Shown here: positions 31,672-40,286 of the stretch, piece after piece
How positions within the stretch are numbered: position 1 is the first letter of the stretch
Layout of the letters: each line of letters starts with the position of its first letter
Source: Candidatus Methylomirabilota bacterium
GTDB lineage: Bacteria; Methylomirabilota; Methylomirabilia; Rokubacteriales; CSP1-6
DNA length: 46,022 nt
Reading direction: 5' to 3'
Assembly (NCBI GenBank): GCA_035455085.1
Contig: DATIFV010000207.1
Coordinates: 1 to 46,022 of the forward strand
Made by a program: the position numbers and the translations under genes
Notes under the pieces: model-generated
What the model saw: only the letters and a program-made list of their open reading frames with translations
Databases searched by the model: none
What the model was told of the DNA's origin: nothing

Positions 31672-32724
31672 ATGGCCAAGCGAATGCTCTTCATCGGCGC
31701 GGGTGCGATCGGCAGCTACCTGGGTGCGTTCCTCTCGCGGGCGGGACACGACGTGACCCTGGTCGACCCGTGGCCCGAGCAGGTCGAGACGCTGCGCCGC
31801 CAGGGCCTCGCGGTGAGCGGCCCTCACGATCCCTTCGAGGCCAGGCCCACCGCGCTCCACGTGCACGAGCTGCAGCGCTACGGCGCGGATTTCGACATCG
31901 CGTTCATCGCCATGAAGGCCTACGACACCGCGTGGGCCACCTGGATGGCGCTGCCTCACCTGGGCCCCGAGGGCTACGTGGTCTCGGCCCAGAACTGCTG
32001 GAACGACCCGATCGTCGCGAGCATCGCGGGGGCGGAGCGCGCGGTCGGCCTCGTCATGTCGAAGATCGGGGTGGCCCTCTGGAAGCCGGGCCAGGTGGAG
32101 CGCGGCATGGAGCGAGGCCAGGGCGCGGGGCACGACGTCTTCCGGGCCGGCGAGCACGACGGGCGCATCACCGGGCGGGTCACCGAGCTGGCCGAGATCC
32201 TGAGCGTGGTGGACGGGGCGCGGCCCACCGACAACCTCTGGGGCGAGCGCTGGTCCAAGCTCTGCGCCAACTGCATGGGCAATCCGGTCCAGGCCATGAC
32301 CGGTCTCGGGTCGATCGAGATCGCGGGGCAGGCGCGCGGGCGCGAGATCACCATCCGCATCGCCCAGGAGTCCGCGCAGGTCGGCCTCAAGCTCGGCTAC
32401 CGCATCCCGAAGTTCAACGGCCGCGAGGCCGAGCAATGGGCGCAGGCCGCGCGACCCGACATCTACCAGCAGCTCGACGCCGGCCTGATCCCCAAGGAGG
32501 GCGCGGGCCGCAACTGGCGCGCCTCCATGGCCCAGGACGTCATCAAGGGACGCCGCACCGAGATCGACTACATGAACGGTCTCGTGGTCGACAAGGGCCG
32601 CGAGGTGGGGGTGCCGACGCCGGTCTCCGCGGCGGTGGTGGCGCTGGTGCGGGAGATCGACGCGGGGACGCGGAAGCCCTCGCCGGAGCACATCGACCTG
32701 GCGCTGCGGCGCGCGGGCGCCTGA
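31672..32724 (+). CDS. 2-dehydropantoate 2-reductase (ketopantoate reductase, ApbA/PanE) family oxidoreductase
   Basis: AGGAGGAG SD. MAKRMLFIGAGAIGSYLGAFLSRAGHDVTLV (Rossmann), ...WSKLCANCMGNPV..., C-terminal EIDYMNGLVV.KG...GVPTP. Confidence 0.8.
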   Translation: MAKRMLFIGAGAIGSYLGAFLSRAGHDVTLVDPWPEQVETLRRQGLAVSGPHDPFEARPTALHVHELQRYGADFDIAFIAMKAYDTAWATWMALPHLGPEGYVVSAQNCWNDPIVASIAGAERAVGLVMSKIGVALWKPGQVERGMERGQGAGHDVFRAGEHDGRITGRVTELAEILSVVDGARPTDNLWGERWSKLCANCMGNPVQAMTGLGSIEIAGQARGREITIRIAQESAQVGLKLGYRIPKFNGREAEQWAQAARPDIYQQLDAGLIPKEGAGRNWRASMAQDVIKGRRTEIDYMNGLVVDKGREVGVPTPVSAAVVALVREIDAGTRKPSPEHIDLALRRAGA

Positions 32725-32736
32725 GCGGGTCGAGGG

Positions 32737-33393
32737 TCAGCGGATCGGGGGCAGCTCGCTGACCCGGAGGTCGCTGAAGAGCACCTCCATGCCGCGCTGG
32801 TCCACGTAGAGCCCAAGGGTGCCGCTGCCCTCCGCGGCCAGCTCGGCGGTCGCCACCGGGCGCCCGTTGACGTACGCCACGATGGACCGGTCCCGCAGCT
32901 CCACCGCCAGCGTGTTCGGAGCGCCGGGTTCGCTCTTGACGCTGCGGCTGGCGGTGGGCGGCACCGGATAGGTCCACTTCCCGGCGCCCCAGCTCGCCAC
33001 CCGGTAGGTGCCGTTGGCGGTGAGCCCGAGAGTGGCGAAGGTGCGGTTGTCCGGCCCGCCCCGGCTCGCGAACATGATCCCGAACGCGCCCTCGCGCGTC
33101 CCCCGGCGCAGGCGAGCGGTGACCTCGATGCGCACCCGCGCCGGAAACACCTCGGGGCGGACCGGGCCGAGCAGGCACGGCGCTGCCGCCGCGATGTTCT
33201 CGACCACGAAGCCGCCGTCGGCGTAGGACGACCGGCAGATGGTGCCGGAGCTCGCCGACCAGTTGCGGGCGGTGCGGAGGTCGTCGTCGAACAGCACCCG
33301 GGGCCCGGTGCCGATGACGGTTCGGGGCTCGGTCTGGGGAGCGCAGGCGGTGGTGGCCAGCGCCAGGGCCAGCGTGAGCACGAGCCGCGACAT
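32737..33393 (-). CDS. Lipoprotein with concanavalin-like/DUF1080-like jelly-roll domain
   Basis: MSRLVLTLALALATTAC lipobox at the ATG 33393. C-terminal pattern NTLAVELRDRSIVAYVNGRPV...GTLGLYVDQRGMEVLFSDLRVSEL is typical of DUF1080-type domains (by resemblance). Confidence 0.55.
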   Translation of the reverse strand: MSRLVLTLALALATTACAPQTEPRTVIGTGPRVLFDDDLRTARNWSASSGTICRSSYADGGFVVENIAAAAPCLLGPVRPEVFPARVRIEVTARLRRGTREGAFGIMFASRGGPDNRTFATLGLTANGTYRVASWGAGKWTYPVPPTASRSVKSEPGAPNTLAVELRDRSIVAYVNGRPVATAELAAEGSGTLGLYVDQRGMEVLFSDLRVSELPPIR

Positions 33394-33493
33394 CGGACGC
33401 CTCCCAGAACCGTGAGGGGTGAGCACTGCTGGCCGTCGGCCACCTCATCTTTTACACTACACCGGGCTCGAACGACAACGGCGGGGGGCACCC

Positions 33494-34543
33494 ATGCGCG
33501 GCATCGTCTTCACCGGCAACCGGCAGCTCGAGCTGCGAGACTTCCCCGACCCGACGCCCGGCCCCGGCGAGGTGGTGCTGGAGATCAAGGCCTCCGGCAT
33601 GTGCGGGAGCGATCTCAAGTTCTATCGAGCCGCGGGCAACGAGGCGGCCTCGCTCGGTCTGGGCGGCAGCGGCAAGCAGGTCATCGCCGGCCACGAGCCC
33701 TGCGGGATCGTCGCGGCGGTCGGACCGGGCGTGAGCGAGACGGAGGCGCGGGTGGGCCAGCGTGTGATGAACCACCACTACGCCGGCTGCGGGCAGTGCA
33801 AGCACTGCCGGGTGGGCTGGTCGCAGCTCTGCCGGGCGGGCATCACCGTGTTCGGGGTCACCGGCGACGGGGCGCACGCCCGGTACATGAAGGTGCCCGC
33901 CCGCACCAACGTGCCGCTCCCGGACGAGCTGACCTTCGAGGAAGGCGCGGCGGTGTCCTGCGGCACCGGCACCGCCTACGGGGCGCTGAAGCGGCTCGAC
34001 GTTTCCGGGCGCGACACCCTGGCCGTCTTCGGCCAGGGCCCGGTCGGCCTCTCCGCCACCCTGCTCGGCGTGGCGATGGGCGCGCGGGTCATCGCGGTGG
34101 ACATCGCGGGCGAGCGGCTGGCCCTCGCGCGGCAGCTCGGCGCCGACGCGGTGGTGAACTCGCGCGAGACCGATCCGGTCAGGGCCATCCGGGATCTCAC
34201 CCACGGCGAGGGCGCCGAGGCCACCATGGACTGCACCGGGCTGCCCGAGCCGCGCGTGGCCGCGGTGAAGAGCGCGGCCACGTGGGGACGGATGTGCTTC
34301 GTGGGCGAGGGCGGCGCCACCGCCTTCGACGTCAGCAGCGACCTGATCCGCAAGCAGCTCACCCTGATCGCCTCGTGGACGTTCAGCAGCATGGGCCAGT
34401 GGGAGTGCGCGCGCTTCGTGGCCGACCGCCGGATCCCGCTCGGACGGCTCCTCACCGACCGCTACCGCATCGACGAGGCCGCGGCGGCCTACAAGCGCTT
34501 CGATACCCAGACCACCGGCAAGGGCGTGTTCACCTCGTTCTAG
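33494..34543 (+). CDS. Zinc-dependent MDR dehydrogenase (sorbitol/threonine dehydrogenase-like)
   Basis: MRGIVF..., GMCGSDLKFY, GHEPCGIVAAVG, structural Zn CGQCKHCRVGWSQLC, Rossmann FGQGPVGL. Confidence 0.85.
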   Translation: MRGIVFTGNRQLELRDFPDPTPGPGEVVLEIKASGMCGSDLKFYRAAGNEAASLGLGGSGKQVIAGHEPCGIVAAVGPGVSETEARVGQRVMNHHYAGCGQCKHCRVGWSQLCRAGITVFGVTGDGAHARYMKVPARTNVPLPDELTFEEGAAVSCGTGTAYGALKRLDVSGRDTLAVFGQGPVGLSATLLGVAMGARVIAVDIAGERLALARQLGADAVVNSRETDPVRAIRDLTHGEGAEATMDCTGLPEPRVAAVKSAATWGRMCFVGEGGATAFDVSSDLIRKQLTLIASWTFSSMGQWECARFVADRRIPLGRLLTDRYRIDEAAAAYKRFDTQTTGKGVFTSF

Positions 34544-34554
34544 GGAGGTCACTC

Positions 34555-35109
34555 GTGGCCGACATCAAGATCCTCGGCATTCCCGGCAGCCTGCGCCAGG
34601 CGTCGTTCAACCGCTCGGCGCTGCGGGCGGCCCAGGCGCTCCTCCCCGCCGGCGCGAGCCTGGACGTCTTCGATCTGGACGGCATTCCTCCCTACAACCA
34701 GGATCAGGAGAAGCAGGCCCCGCCCCGGGTGGTCGAGCTCAAGGCGCGGGTCCGGGCCGCGGACGCCGTCCTCTTCGCCACGCCGGAGTACAACTACTCG
34801 GTGCCCGGCGTGCTCAAGAACGCGATCGACTGGGCGTCGCGCCCCTACGGCGACAGCGCGTGGCAGGGCAAGCCGGTGGCGGTGATGGGCGCCTCGGTGG
34901 GCATGCTGGGCACCGCGCGCGCCCAGTACCACCTGCGCCAGTCCTTCGTCTTCCTCAACATGTACCCGGTGAACCAGCCGGAGGTGCTGATCGCCAACGC
35001 GCCCCAGCGATTCAACGAGCGCGGCGAGCTGACCGACGAGACCTCGAGAGAGCTCATCCGGAAGCTGCTCGCCGAGCTGGTGACCTGGACGAAGCGGCTG
35101 AAGGCCTAG
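34555..35109 (+). CDS. NAD(P)H-dependent FMN reductase (ChrR/YieF-like)
   Basis: GTG at 34555 with a GGGAGG SD. KILGIPGSLRQASFNRSAL..., ADAVLFATPEYNYSVPGVLKNAIDWASRP. Confidence 0.85.
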   Translation: MADIKILGIPGSLRQASFNRSALRAAQALLPAGASLDVFDLDGIPPYNQDQEKQAPPRVVELKARVRAADAVLFATPEYNYSVPGVLKNAIDWASRPYGDSAWQGKPVAVMGASVGMLGTARAQYHLRQSFVFLNMYPVNQPEVLIANAPQRFNERGELTDETSRELIRKLLAELVTWTKRLKA

Positions 35110-35130
35110 GCCCCCGCAGCGAGACCGGGC

Positions 35131-36219
35131 TCACGCCTCGATCCGCTGCCAGCCGCCGTCCCGGAGCGAGCGGAGCACGGCGTCCAGCACGAGCTGGGCG
35201 CGCACGCCGTCCTCGAGCGAGGGCGACGGGCTCTCCCCCTTGCGGATCCCGTCGAGGAACCGCTTCACGAGCGGCGCGATGGTGGCCTTGCCGGTCACCT
35301 CCATCTGATCGCCCTCCCCGGCGGACCGGGGCAGCCCCGCGCGCACCGCCACCGGCTGGAGCGTACCGCTCGCGCCGGCCGCGCGCAGCTCGCCCACGTA
35401 CCACTTCGCCTTCTCGCGGTCGACGCGGTAGACCAGCGAGCCCTGGCTGCCGTAGGCCTCGAGGAACTGCTCGCTCGCCCCGCGCGCGGCTCGGCTCACC
35501 GAGAGCGTCACCTGCCCGCCCGAGGCCAGCTGGGCGATCACGCTGCAGAAGTCCTCGGCGTCGGCCGGCCGCCCGCCGGGGGCGGTGCGCGTCGGGTAGG
35601 CCACCCCCGCCTGCGCGCAGACCCGCGCGAACTCGCCGAAGCTCCAGCGCACGAGATCGATCACGTGCACACCCATGTCGCCCATCGCGCCGTGGCCGGC
35701 CACCGCGCGGTCCATGCGCCACGTGGCGGGCGCCGCCTCGTCGGCCGCGCGGGCCCCGAGCCAGCGGCCGGTGGCGTGGAAGAGCCGGCCCACCACCCCC
35801 TCCTCCACCAGCGCGTGGAAGCGCTGCATCGCGGGGATGAAGCGCCAGTTGAACGACGTCATCCCGACCCGCTGCGCGCGGGCGGCGGCCTCCACCATCT
35901 CGCGCCCCTCGGCCGCGGTCATCGCCACCGGCTTCTCGCACAGCACGTGGGCGCCCTGCGCGAACGCGCGCAGGGCGATCTCGCGGTGCAGGCTGGGAGG
36001 CGACGCGATCACCACGATGTCGGGCCGGGCCTGCTCGAGCAGGTCCTCCCATCGCTCGAACACGGCGGGCACGTGGTAGCGCGCGGCCACCGCGCGGGCG
36101 GTCTCCTGGTTGCGCTGGCAGACCGCGACCACCTCGCAGCCGTTGGCCTGGAACGCCGGGATGTGGGCGCGGCCGAAGCCGAGCCCGACGATGCCCACGC
36201 GGTGCTTCTTGCGAGCCAT
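35131..36219 (-). CDS. Gfo/Idh/MocA-family NAD(P)-dependent oxidoreductase
   Basis: HRVGIVGLGFGRAHIPAF..., DIVVIASPPSLHREIALRAFAQGAHVLCEKP. Confidence 0.85.
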   Translation of the reverse strand: MARKKHRVGIVGLGFGRAHIPAFQANGCEVVAVCQRNQETARAVAARYHVPAVFERWEDLLEQARPDIVVIASPPSLHREIALRAFAQGAHVLCEKPVAMTAAEGREMVEAAARAQRVGMTSFNWRFIPAMQRFHALVEEGVVGRLFHATGRWLGARAADEAAPATWRMDRAVAGHGAMGDMGVHVIDLVRWSFGEFARVCAQAGVAYPTRTAPGGRPADAEDFCSVIAQLASGGQVTLSVSRAARGASEQFLEAYGSQGSLVYRVDREKAKWYVGELRAAGASGTLQPVAVRAGLPRSAGEGDQMEVTGKATIAPLVKRFLDGIRKGESPSPSLEDGVRAQLVLDAVLRSLRDGGWQRIEA

Positions 36220-36310
36220 TCCTCGTCGATCCTTTCGTCAGCAGATTCCATTCGCGGGCCGATTGGGTTAGAGTCGGCCCCATCCCAACCGCAGGCCAGA
36301 GGAGGCTCCA

Positions 36311-37948
36311 ATGAAGGCGGTCGCCGCCGTAGCCGAGATCCTGAAGCGCGAGGGTACCACCTTTCTGATCGGCTATCCCGTGAACCCGATCATCGAGGCG
36401 GCCGCCGAGGCCGACATCCGCACCATCATCGTGCGCCAGGAGCGCACCGGCCTCCACATGGCGGACGCGGTGAGCCGGATCACCTCCGGCCAGAAGATCG
36501 GCGTGTTCACCATGCAGCACGGGCCCGGGTCCGAGAACGCCTTCGGCGGGGTCGCCCAGGCCTACGGTGACTCGGTACCGATCGTGGTGCTGCCCGGCGG
36601 CTATCCGCGCCGCATCACCAACATCCCGCCCAACTTCAACTCCTTCATCAACTACCGCAACGTGACCAAGTGGTGCGAGCAGGTCACGCTGGGCGACGCG
36701 GTGCCCGACGCCATGCGCCGGGCCTTCACCCAGGTCAAGAACGGCCGCCCGCGGCCGGTGCTGGTGGAGATCCCCATCGACGTCTTCGGCGAGGAGGTCC
36801 CGGAGCCGCTCGCCTACAAGACGGCCCCGCGCACCCGCATCGCCCCCGATCCGGACGCGGTCACCGAGGCCGCGCGGATCCTGGTGGAGGCGGAGCGGCC
36901 GGTGATCTACGCGGGCCAGGGCGTGCACTACGGGCGGGCCTGGCAGCAGCTGCGCGAGCTGGCCGAGCTGCTTGAGGCGCCGGTGACCACGAGCCTCGAG
37001 GGCAAGAGCGCGTTCCCGGAGAACCACCCGCTCTCCCTGGGCTCGGGCGGCCGCTCGATCCCCAGGACGGTGTTCGAGTTCCTCAAGAGCTCGGACGTGA
37101 TCTTCGGGATCGGCTGCAGCTTCTCGACCACCAACTACGGGGTGACGATGCCGAAGGGCAAGACCATCGTGCACTCCACCATCGACGTGGCCGACCTCAA
37201 CAAGGACGTGGTGGCCGCGCACGCGGTGATCGGCGACGCGGGCCTGGTCCTGGACGCCCTGCTCGCCGAGGTGCGCGACCGCCTGAAGGGCAAGCCGCGC
37301 GGCCGGCGGGCCGAGGTCGCGAGGCAGATCGCGACCATGAAGGCGGAGTGGATGGCCCAGTGGATGCCCAAGCTGACCGCCAACGACAAGCCGCTCTCGC
37401 CCTACCGCGTGATCTGGGACCTGCTGCACACGGTGGACGTGGCCAACACCATCATCACCCACGACGCGGGCAGCCCGCGCGACCAGCTCTCTCCCTTCTG
37501 GGAGAGCACCGCGCCGCTGACCTACATCGGCTGGGGCAAGACCACCCAGCTCGGCTACGGCCTGGGCCTCGCGATGGGAGCCAAGCTGGCCAGGCCGGAG
37601 GCCCTCTGCGTCAACGTGTGGGGCGACGCGGCGATCGGCTTCACCGGCATGGACTTCGAGACCGCGGTGCGCGAGCGCATCCCGATCCTGTCCATCCTGC
37701 TCAACAACTTCTCGATGGCCATCGAGCTGCCGATCATGAAGACGGCCACCCAGAAGTACCGCTCGACCGACATCAGCGGTCACTACGCGGACATGGCGAA
37801 GGCCTTCGGCGGCTACGGCGAGCGCATCACCGAGCCCGGGGAGATCATCCCGGCCCTCAAGCGCGGCATCGCCAAGACCCGCGAGGGCGTTCCGGTCCTG
37901 CTCGAGTTCATCACCGAGAAGGAGATCAACTTCTCGATCTTCAAGTAG
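36311..37948 (+). CDS. Thiamine-diphosphate-dependent enzyme (acetolactate synthase-like fold)
   Basis: N-terminal PYR domain (GYPVNPIIEAA..., QHGPGSENAFGGVAQAYGDSVPIVVL) and TPP-binding motif GDAAIGFTGMDFETAVRERIPILSILLNN. SD AGAGGAGG. Confidence 0.85.
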   Translation: MKAVAAVAEILKREGTTFLIGYPVNPIIEAAAEADIRTIIVRQERTGLHMADAVSRITSGQKIGVFTMQHGPGSENAFGGVAQAYGDSVPIVVLPGGYPRRITNIPPNFNSFINYRNVTKWCEQVTLGDAVPDAMRRAFTQVKNGRPRPVLVEIPIDVFGEEVPEPLAYKTAPRTRIAPDPDAVTEAARILVEAERPVIYAGQGVHYGRAWQQLRELAELLEAPVTTSLEGKSAFPENHPLSLGSGGRSIPRTVFEFLKSSDVIFGIGCSFSTTNYGVTMPKGKTIVHSTIDVADLNKDVVAAHAVIGDAGLVLDALLAEVRDRLKGKPRGRRAEVARQIATMKAEWMAQWMPKLTANDKPLSPYRVIWDLLHTVDVANTIITHDAGSPRDQLSPFWESTAPLTYIGWGKTTQLGYGLGLAMGAKLARPEALCVNVWGDAAIGFTGMDFETAVRERIPILSILLNNFSMAIELPIMKTATQKYRSTDISGHYADMAKAFGGYGERITEPGEIIPALKRGIAKTREGVPVLLEFITEKEINFSIFK

Positions 37949-37953
37949 GCGTC

Positions 37954-37990
37954 CCCTCTCCCCTCCGGGGAGAGGGCAGGGTGAGGGGGA
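37954..37990. repeat. GC-rich palindromic element: 10-bp hairpin CCCTCTCCCC-TCC-GGGGAGAGGG followed by CAGGGTGAGGGGGA
   Basis: Perfect 10-bp stem (37954-37963 / 37967-37976) 6 nt after the TPP-enzyme stop. The GTGAG..GGAGG tail provides the SD of the next gene. Related in layout to the element at 18883-18905. Confidence 0.6.
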
Positions 37991-37996
37991 GGCCCG

Positions 37997-38377
37997 ATGC
38001 CGACGGCGCCGGCGAGCCCGGAAGCGTGCGACCGGCTGTTCGTGGAGCATGTCAACGCGGGCGACGTGAACGCCGTGCTATCGCTCTACGAGCCGGCGTG
38101 CCGCATGGTGCGGCGCGACGGCAGCGTGGCTCAAGGCCACGCCGAGATCCGCGAGGTCCTGGAGCGCCTGATCGGGATGCGCCCTCGGATGACCACCGAG
38201 ATCGTCAAGGTCGTCACCACGGGGGACCTCGCGATGGTGTACAACGACTGGCGCTTGTCCGGCAAGCGACCCGACGGTCAGCGGGTCGAGGCGGTGGGCA
38301 AGGCGATCGAGGTGGTCCGCCGCCAACCGGACGGCACCTGGCGTTTCATCCTCGACGACCCGTTCGCCCGCGGCTAG
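37997..38377 (+). CDS. NTF2-like (SnoaL/DUF4440-type) small protein
   Basis: 126 aa; FVEHVNAGDVNAVLSLYEP...G.A.G.AEIREVLERL..., ...AIEVVRRQPDGTWRFILDDPF is the typical cone-fold pattern. Confidence 0.7.
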   Translation: MPTAPASPEACDRLFVEHVNAGDVNAVLSLYEPACRMVRRDGSVAQGHAEIREVLERLIGMRPRMTTEIVKVVTTGDLAMVYNDWRLSGKRPDGQRVEAVGKAIEVVRRQPDGTWRFILDDPFARG

Positions 38378-38439
38378 GACGTGACCGCCCTCAGCTATCG
38401 CTCTCCGAAGACGGACGTGCGCCCGAGCCCCATCCACGG

Positions 38440-38895
38440 ATGAAGGCCGCCATCATCGTGGCGATCGTGGTCGGGCTCGCGGCCGGCGTCTACTCGGGCA
38501 TCCACCTGCTCATCCCGCTGGTCCTGACCGGCCTCGCCTGGGGGGTGACCCGCCTCCTCCCCGATCGCCCGACCGACTTCGTGGTTGCCGCCGCGGTGCA
38601 GGTCGGCCACCTGCTGTGGATCGCCGTCGGGCTGGTGGTCATCGGCGTGCTCACCGTCGATCTAGTGGACATCGCGATCCTGCTCGCGGGCTCCGTCTGG
38701 CTACTCGCGAGGCCGGGGCTGGCGCCGGTCGTGGTGCTGACGGTCTACCAGGCGGTGGCGCTGCTCATCAACGTGGGCGCTTTCCTCGCGATGCCGATCG
38801 GGCACAATCTCCACCGGGCGCTGCTGATCCACATCATCTGGCGGATCCTGGCGCTCGTCTTCATGTGGCGGGGCTACCACAAGTCCCGCGGATGA
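38440..38895 (+). CDS. Hypothetical integral membrane protein (151 aa, 4-5 TM)
   Basis: ATG at 38440. Consecutive hydrophobic spans (AAIIVAIVVGLAAGVYSGIHLLIPLVLTGLAW, FVVAAAVQVGHLLWIAVGLVVIGVL, etc.) inside an over-extended track ORF. Confidence 0.6.
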   Translation: MKAAIIVAIVVGLAAGVYSGIHLLIPLVLTGLAWGVTRLLPDRPTDFVVAAAVQVGHLLWIAVGLVVIGVLTVDLVDIAILLAGSVWLLARPGLAPVVVLTVYQAVALLINVGAFLAMPIGHNLHRALLIHIIWRILALVFMWRGYHKSRG

Positions 38896-39122
38896 CCGAT
38901 GCCTCCTGGAGCGGCTGGGCCTCGTCGCGACCATCGTGCTCGGCTACGCGGTCGACGTGGCCTACCTGCTGGCCGTCGCGTGGCTCGGCCGACCGCGGGC
39001 CGCCTCCACGTATTGACAGTCGGCGGCGCCCTGTGGTGTGGTGAAGCGCCCATGGGCGCCGTCCCCTTGCCCACCGCCCGTCCCTGCCCGCTCGCGATCG
39101 ACCCGGCGGGGATCTCACGCGC

Positions 39123-39554
39123 TTGAGCCGCGCCGTCCTTTTCGCGGTGCTCGCGGGGCTGTCGGCCGCTACCTGGACGGTCTGCCTCAAGCTGGCCTCG
39201 ACGCGGATCACCGCCGCGCTCGGCGCGCTGGTGATCACCGGGGTCGCCCTCGGCGTCAACTCGCTCGCGCTGCTGGTCACGCGGGCCAACGGGCACGAGA
39301 TCGTCTTCACCCGCGAGGCGCTCTGGCTGATGGCCCTCGCGGGCATCGCCGCGTCCGGGGTGGACATCTTCGGGCTCCTCGCCTACGACCGGGGCCTGAA
39401 GGTGACCTCGTCGTTCTTCATCGGCGGCACCTCCACCGTGCTCGTCCTGCTCGCGGGCTTCCTGCTCTTCCAGGAGCCCTTCACCTGGGTACGCCTGCTC
39501 GCCATCGTCCTGATCGTCGGCGGCTCGCTGCTGCTGCAGGCGCAGGGCGGATAG
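39123..39554 (+). CDS. Small DMT-superfamily (single EamA-like domain) membrane protein
   Basis: 143 aa, about 4-5 TM, C-terminal LLLAGFLLFQEPFTWVRLLAIVLIVGGSLLL typical of EamA/SMR-like helices. TTG start. The stop abuts the next ATG. Confidence 0.6.
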   Translation: MSRAVLFAVLAGLSAATWTVCLKLASTRITAALGALVITGVALGVNSLALLVTRANGHEIVFTREALWLMALAGIAASGVDIFGLLAYDRGLKVTSSFFIGGTSTVLVLLAGFLLFQEPFTWVRLLAIVLIVGGSLLLQAQGG

Positions 39555-40286
39555 ATGCCGCTCCCCCTCCTGGAGGGCACCGACGTCGCCCGGAGCTTCG
39601 GCGGCCTGCGCGTCCTCAGCCGGGTGGACTTCGCGGTCTCCGAGGGAGAGATCGTGGCGCTCATCGGGCCCAACGGCGCGGGCAAGACGACGCTGTTCAA
39701 CCTGATCAGCGGGCTGCTCCGGCCCTCGGCGGGCTCGATCCGCCTGGGCGAGCATCGGATCAGCGCGCTGCCCGCGTACCGGATCGCGCGGCTCGGTCTC
39801 GGACGCACCTTCCAGACGCCGCGGCCGTTCCTGGACCTCACCGCGGCCGACAACGTCGCCGCGGCCGCCCGGTGGAGCGAGCGGCCGGGGGGGACACCCG
39901 CCGAGCTGCTGGCCCTCGTCGAGCTGGCCGAGCACGCGGCGGTGCCGGCCCGGCAGCTCACCGGGGCGCGGCGCAAGCTGCTCGAGCTGGCGATGGCGCT
40001 CGCCCTCCGGCCGCGCATGATCCTGCTCGACGAGCTGCTGGCCGGGCTCACTCCCACCGAGGCGGCGCGGGCGACCGTGATCCTGCGGCGGATCCGCGAC
40101 GAGCGCGGGGTCGGATTGTTGTGGGTGGAGCACGTGATGAAGGCGATCATGGAGACGGCGGAGCGGCTGATCGTGCTCCACCACGGCGAGGTCATCTGCG
40201 AAGGGCCGCCCGCGGCGGTCTCGCGCGATGCCCGGGTTCTCGAGGCATATCTCGGCGAAGCATCCCCGGTGGCAAGGAGGCCATGA
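39555..40286 (+). CDS. ABC ATP-binding protein, LivG/LivF-like, with degenerate signature motif
   Basis: Walker A GPNGAGKTT, Q-loop RTFQ, Walker B ILLDE, H-loop VEHV, C-terminal VLEAYLG. LTGARRKLLELA sits where LSYGQQRxLEIA is expected. Confidence 0.85.
   Translation: MPLPLLEGTDVARSFGGLRVLSRVDFAVSEGEIVALIGPNGAGKTTLFNLISGLLRPSAGSIRLGEHRISALPAYRIARLGLGRTFQTPRPFLDLTAADNVAAAARWSERPGGTPAELLALVELAEHAAVPARQLTGARRKLLELAMALALRPRMILLDELLAGLTPTEAARATVILRRIRDERGVGLLWVEHVMKAIMETAERLIVLHHGEVICEGPPAAVSRDARVLEAYLGEASPVARRP

Noticed and set aside
38906-39016. Hydrophobic mini-ORF (LERLGLVATIVLGYAVDVAYLLAVAWLGRPRAASTY) in the 228-bp gap before the EamA-like gene.
   Set aside because: It looks like a TM helix, but the only canonical start is an internal GTG giving 26 aa, and there is no SD. 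It could be a remnant or chance, so it is not called.
39046-39059. Perfect 14-bp palindrome GCGCCCATGGGCGC, with a TTGACA 30 nt upstream.
   Set aside because: This is a single GC-rich palindrome with no matching -10 hexamer at 16-19 nt and no second copy in the window. The evidence is insufficient for an operator or promoter call.
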